Assembly (NCBI RefSeq): GCF_000315625.1
Contig: NW_005434619.1
Location: 398,991-462,990, forward strand
Reading direction: 5' to 3'
DNA: 64,000 nucleotides
Source: Guillardia theta CCMP2712
Taxonomy: Eukaryota; Protista; Cryptophyta
Shown here: positions 63,818-64,000 of the stretch, in pieces
How positions within the stretch are numbered: position 1 is the first letter of the stretch
Layout of the letters: every line of letters starts with the position of its first letter
Translations under genes and position numbers: made by a program
The notes under the pieces: model-generated
The model's database searches: none
Told to the model about the DNA's origin: nothing
Seen by the model: only the letters and a program-made list of their open reading frames with translations

Positions 63818-64000
63818 TCATTTTGAAACTTTCAGAAGAAATCTGCTCCATCTCCTCGCACATTCGCCAGGAATCCTCGCGCATCCAGCATCTCCCCAGC
63901 ACCGAGGTATCCACTCCTCCTCCTCCTCCTCCTCCTCCGCCGAGTGGTCGGCGTCGGCGTGAGCGTTGGGGGGCGCGGCTGGGAGGTTGGGAAAGACGCG
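63818..64000 (-). CDS. Possible 3' end of a gene entering from the right edge
   Basis: Open minus frame ...HADADHSAEEEEEEEEWIPRCWG...LLKVSK*. Confidence 0.35.
   Translation of the reverse strand, partial: RVFPNLPAAPPNAHADADHSAEEEEEEEEWIPRCWGDAGCARIPGECARRWSRFLLKVSK

Overview
Gene-dense, intron-rich eukaryotic nuclear DNA. It has many ~50-nt introns, others swollen by (CCT/GAG)n and (CTG/CAG)n microsatellites, some GC-AG introns, and four 100-N scaffold gaps. Composition, intron style and bipartite (signal peptide + aromatic +1) presequences suggest a cryptophyte alga such as Hanusia/Guillardia; this is an inference. About 21 protein-coding loci were reconstructed by hand: METTL21-type lysine methyltransferase, acylated tandem LOV-like PAS protein, MCM6, plastid-targeted alpha/beta hydrolase, two paralogous 6-TM proteins, WD40-SAWADEE-SAND/TDBD-like chromatin protein, ELO elongase-patatin fusion, PPR protein, YbaK-GatB/Yqey fusion, DUR3 urea transporter, CaaX-tailed TKL kinase, TRAF-zinc-finger/ankyrin protein, putative 2OG-Fe(II) oxygenase, MORN protein, Cys-rich secreted protein and hypotheticals. 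Highlights are the YbaK-Yqey tRNA-editing fusion, the pseudo-elongase-patatin fusion and the SAWADEE multi-reader. Also notable is a ~13-kb duplication/inverted-duplication with microhomology junctions, whose copies expose a hypervariable intergenic DNA class. No rRNA, tRNA, CRISPR array or autonomous transposon was recognised. Exon boundaries and domain calls come from visual inspection and remembered family motifs, not from searches.
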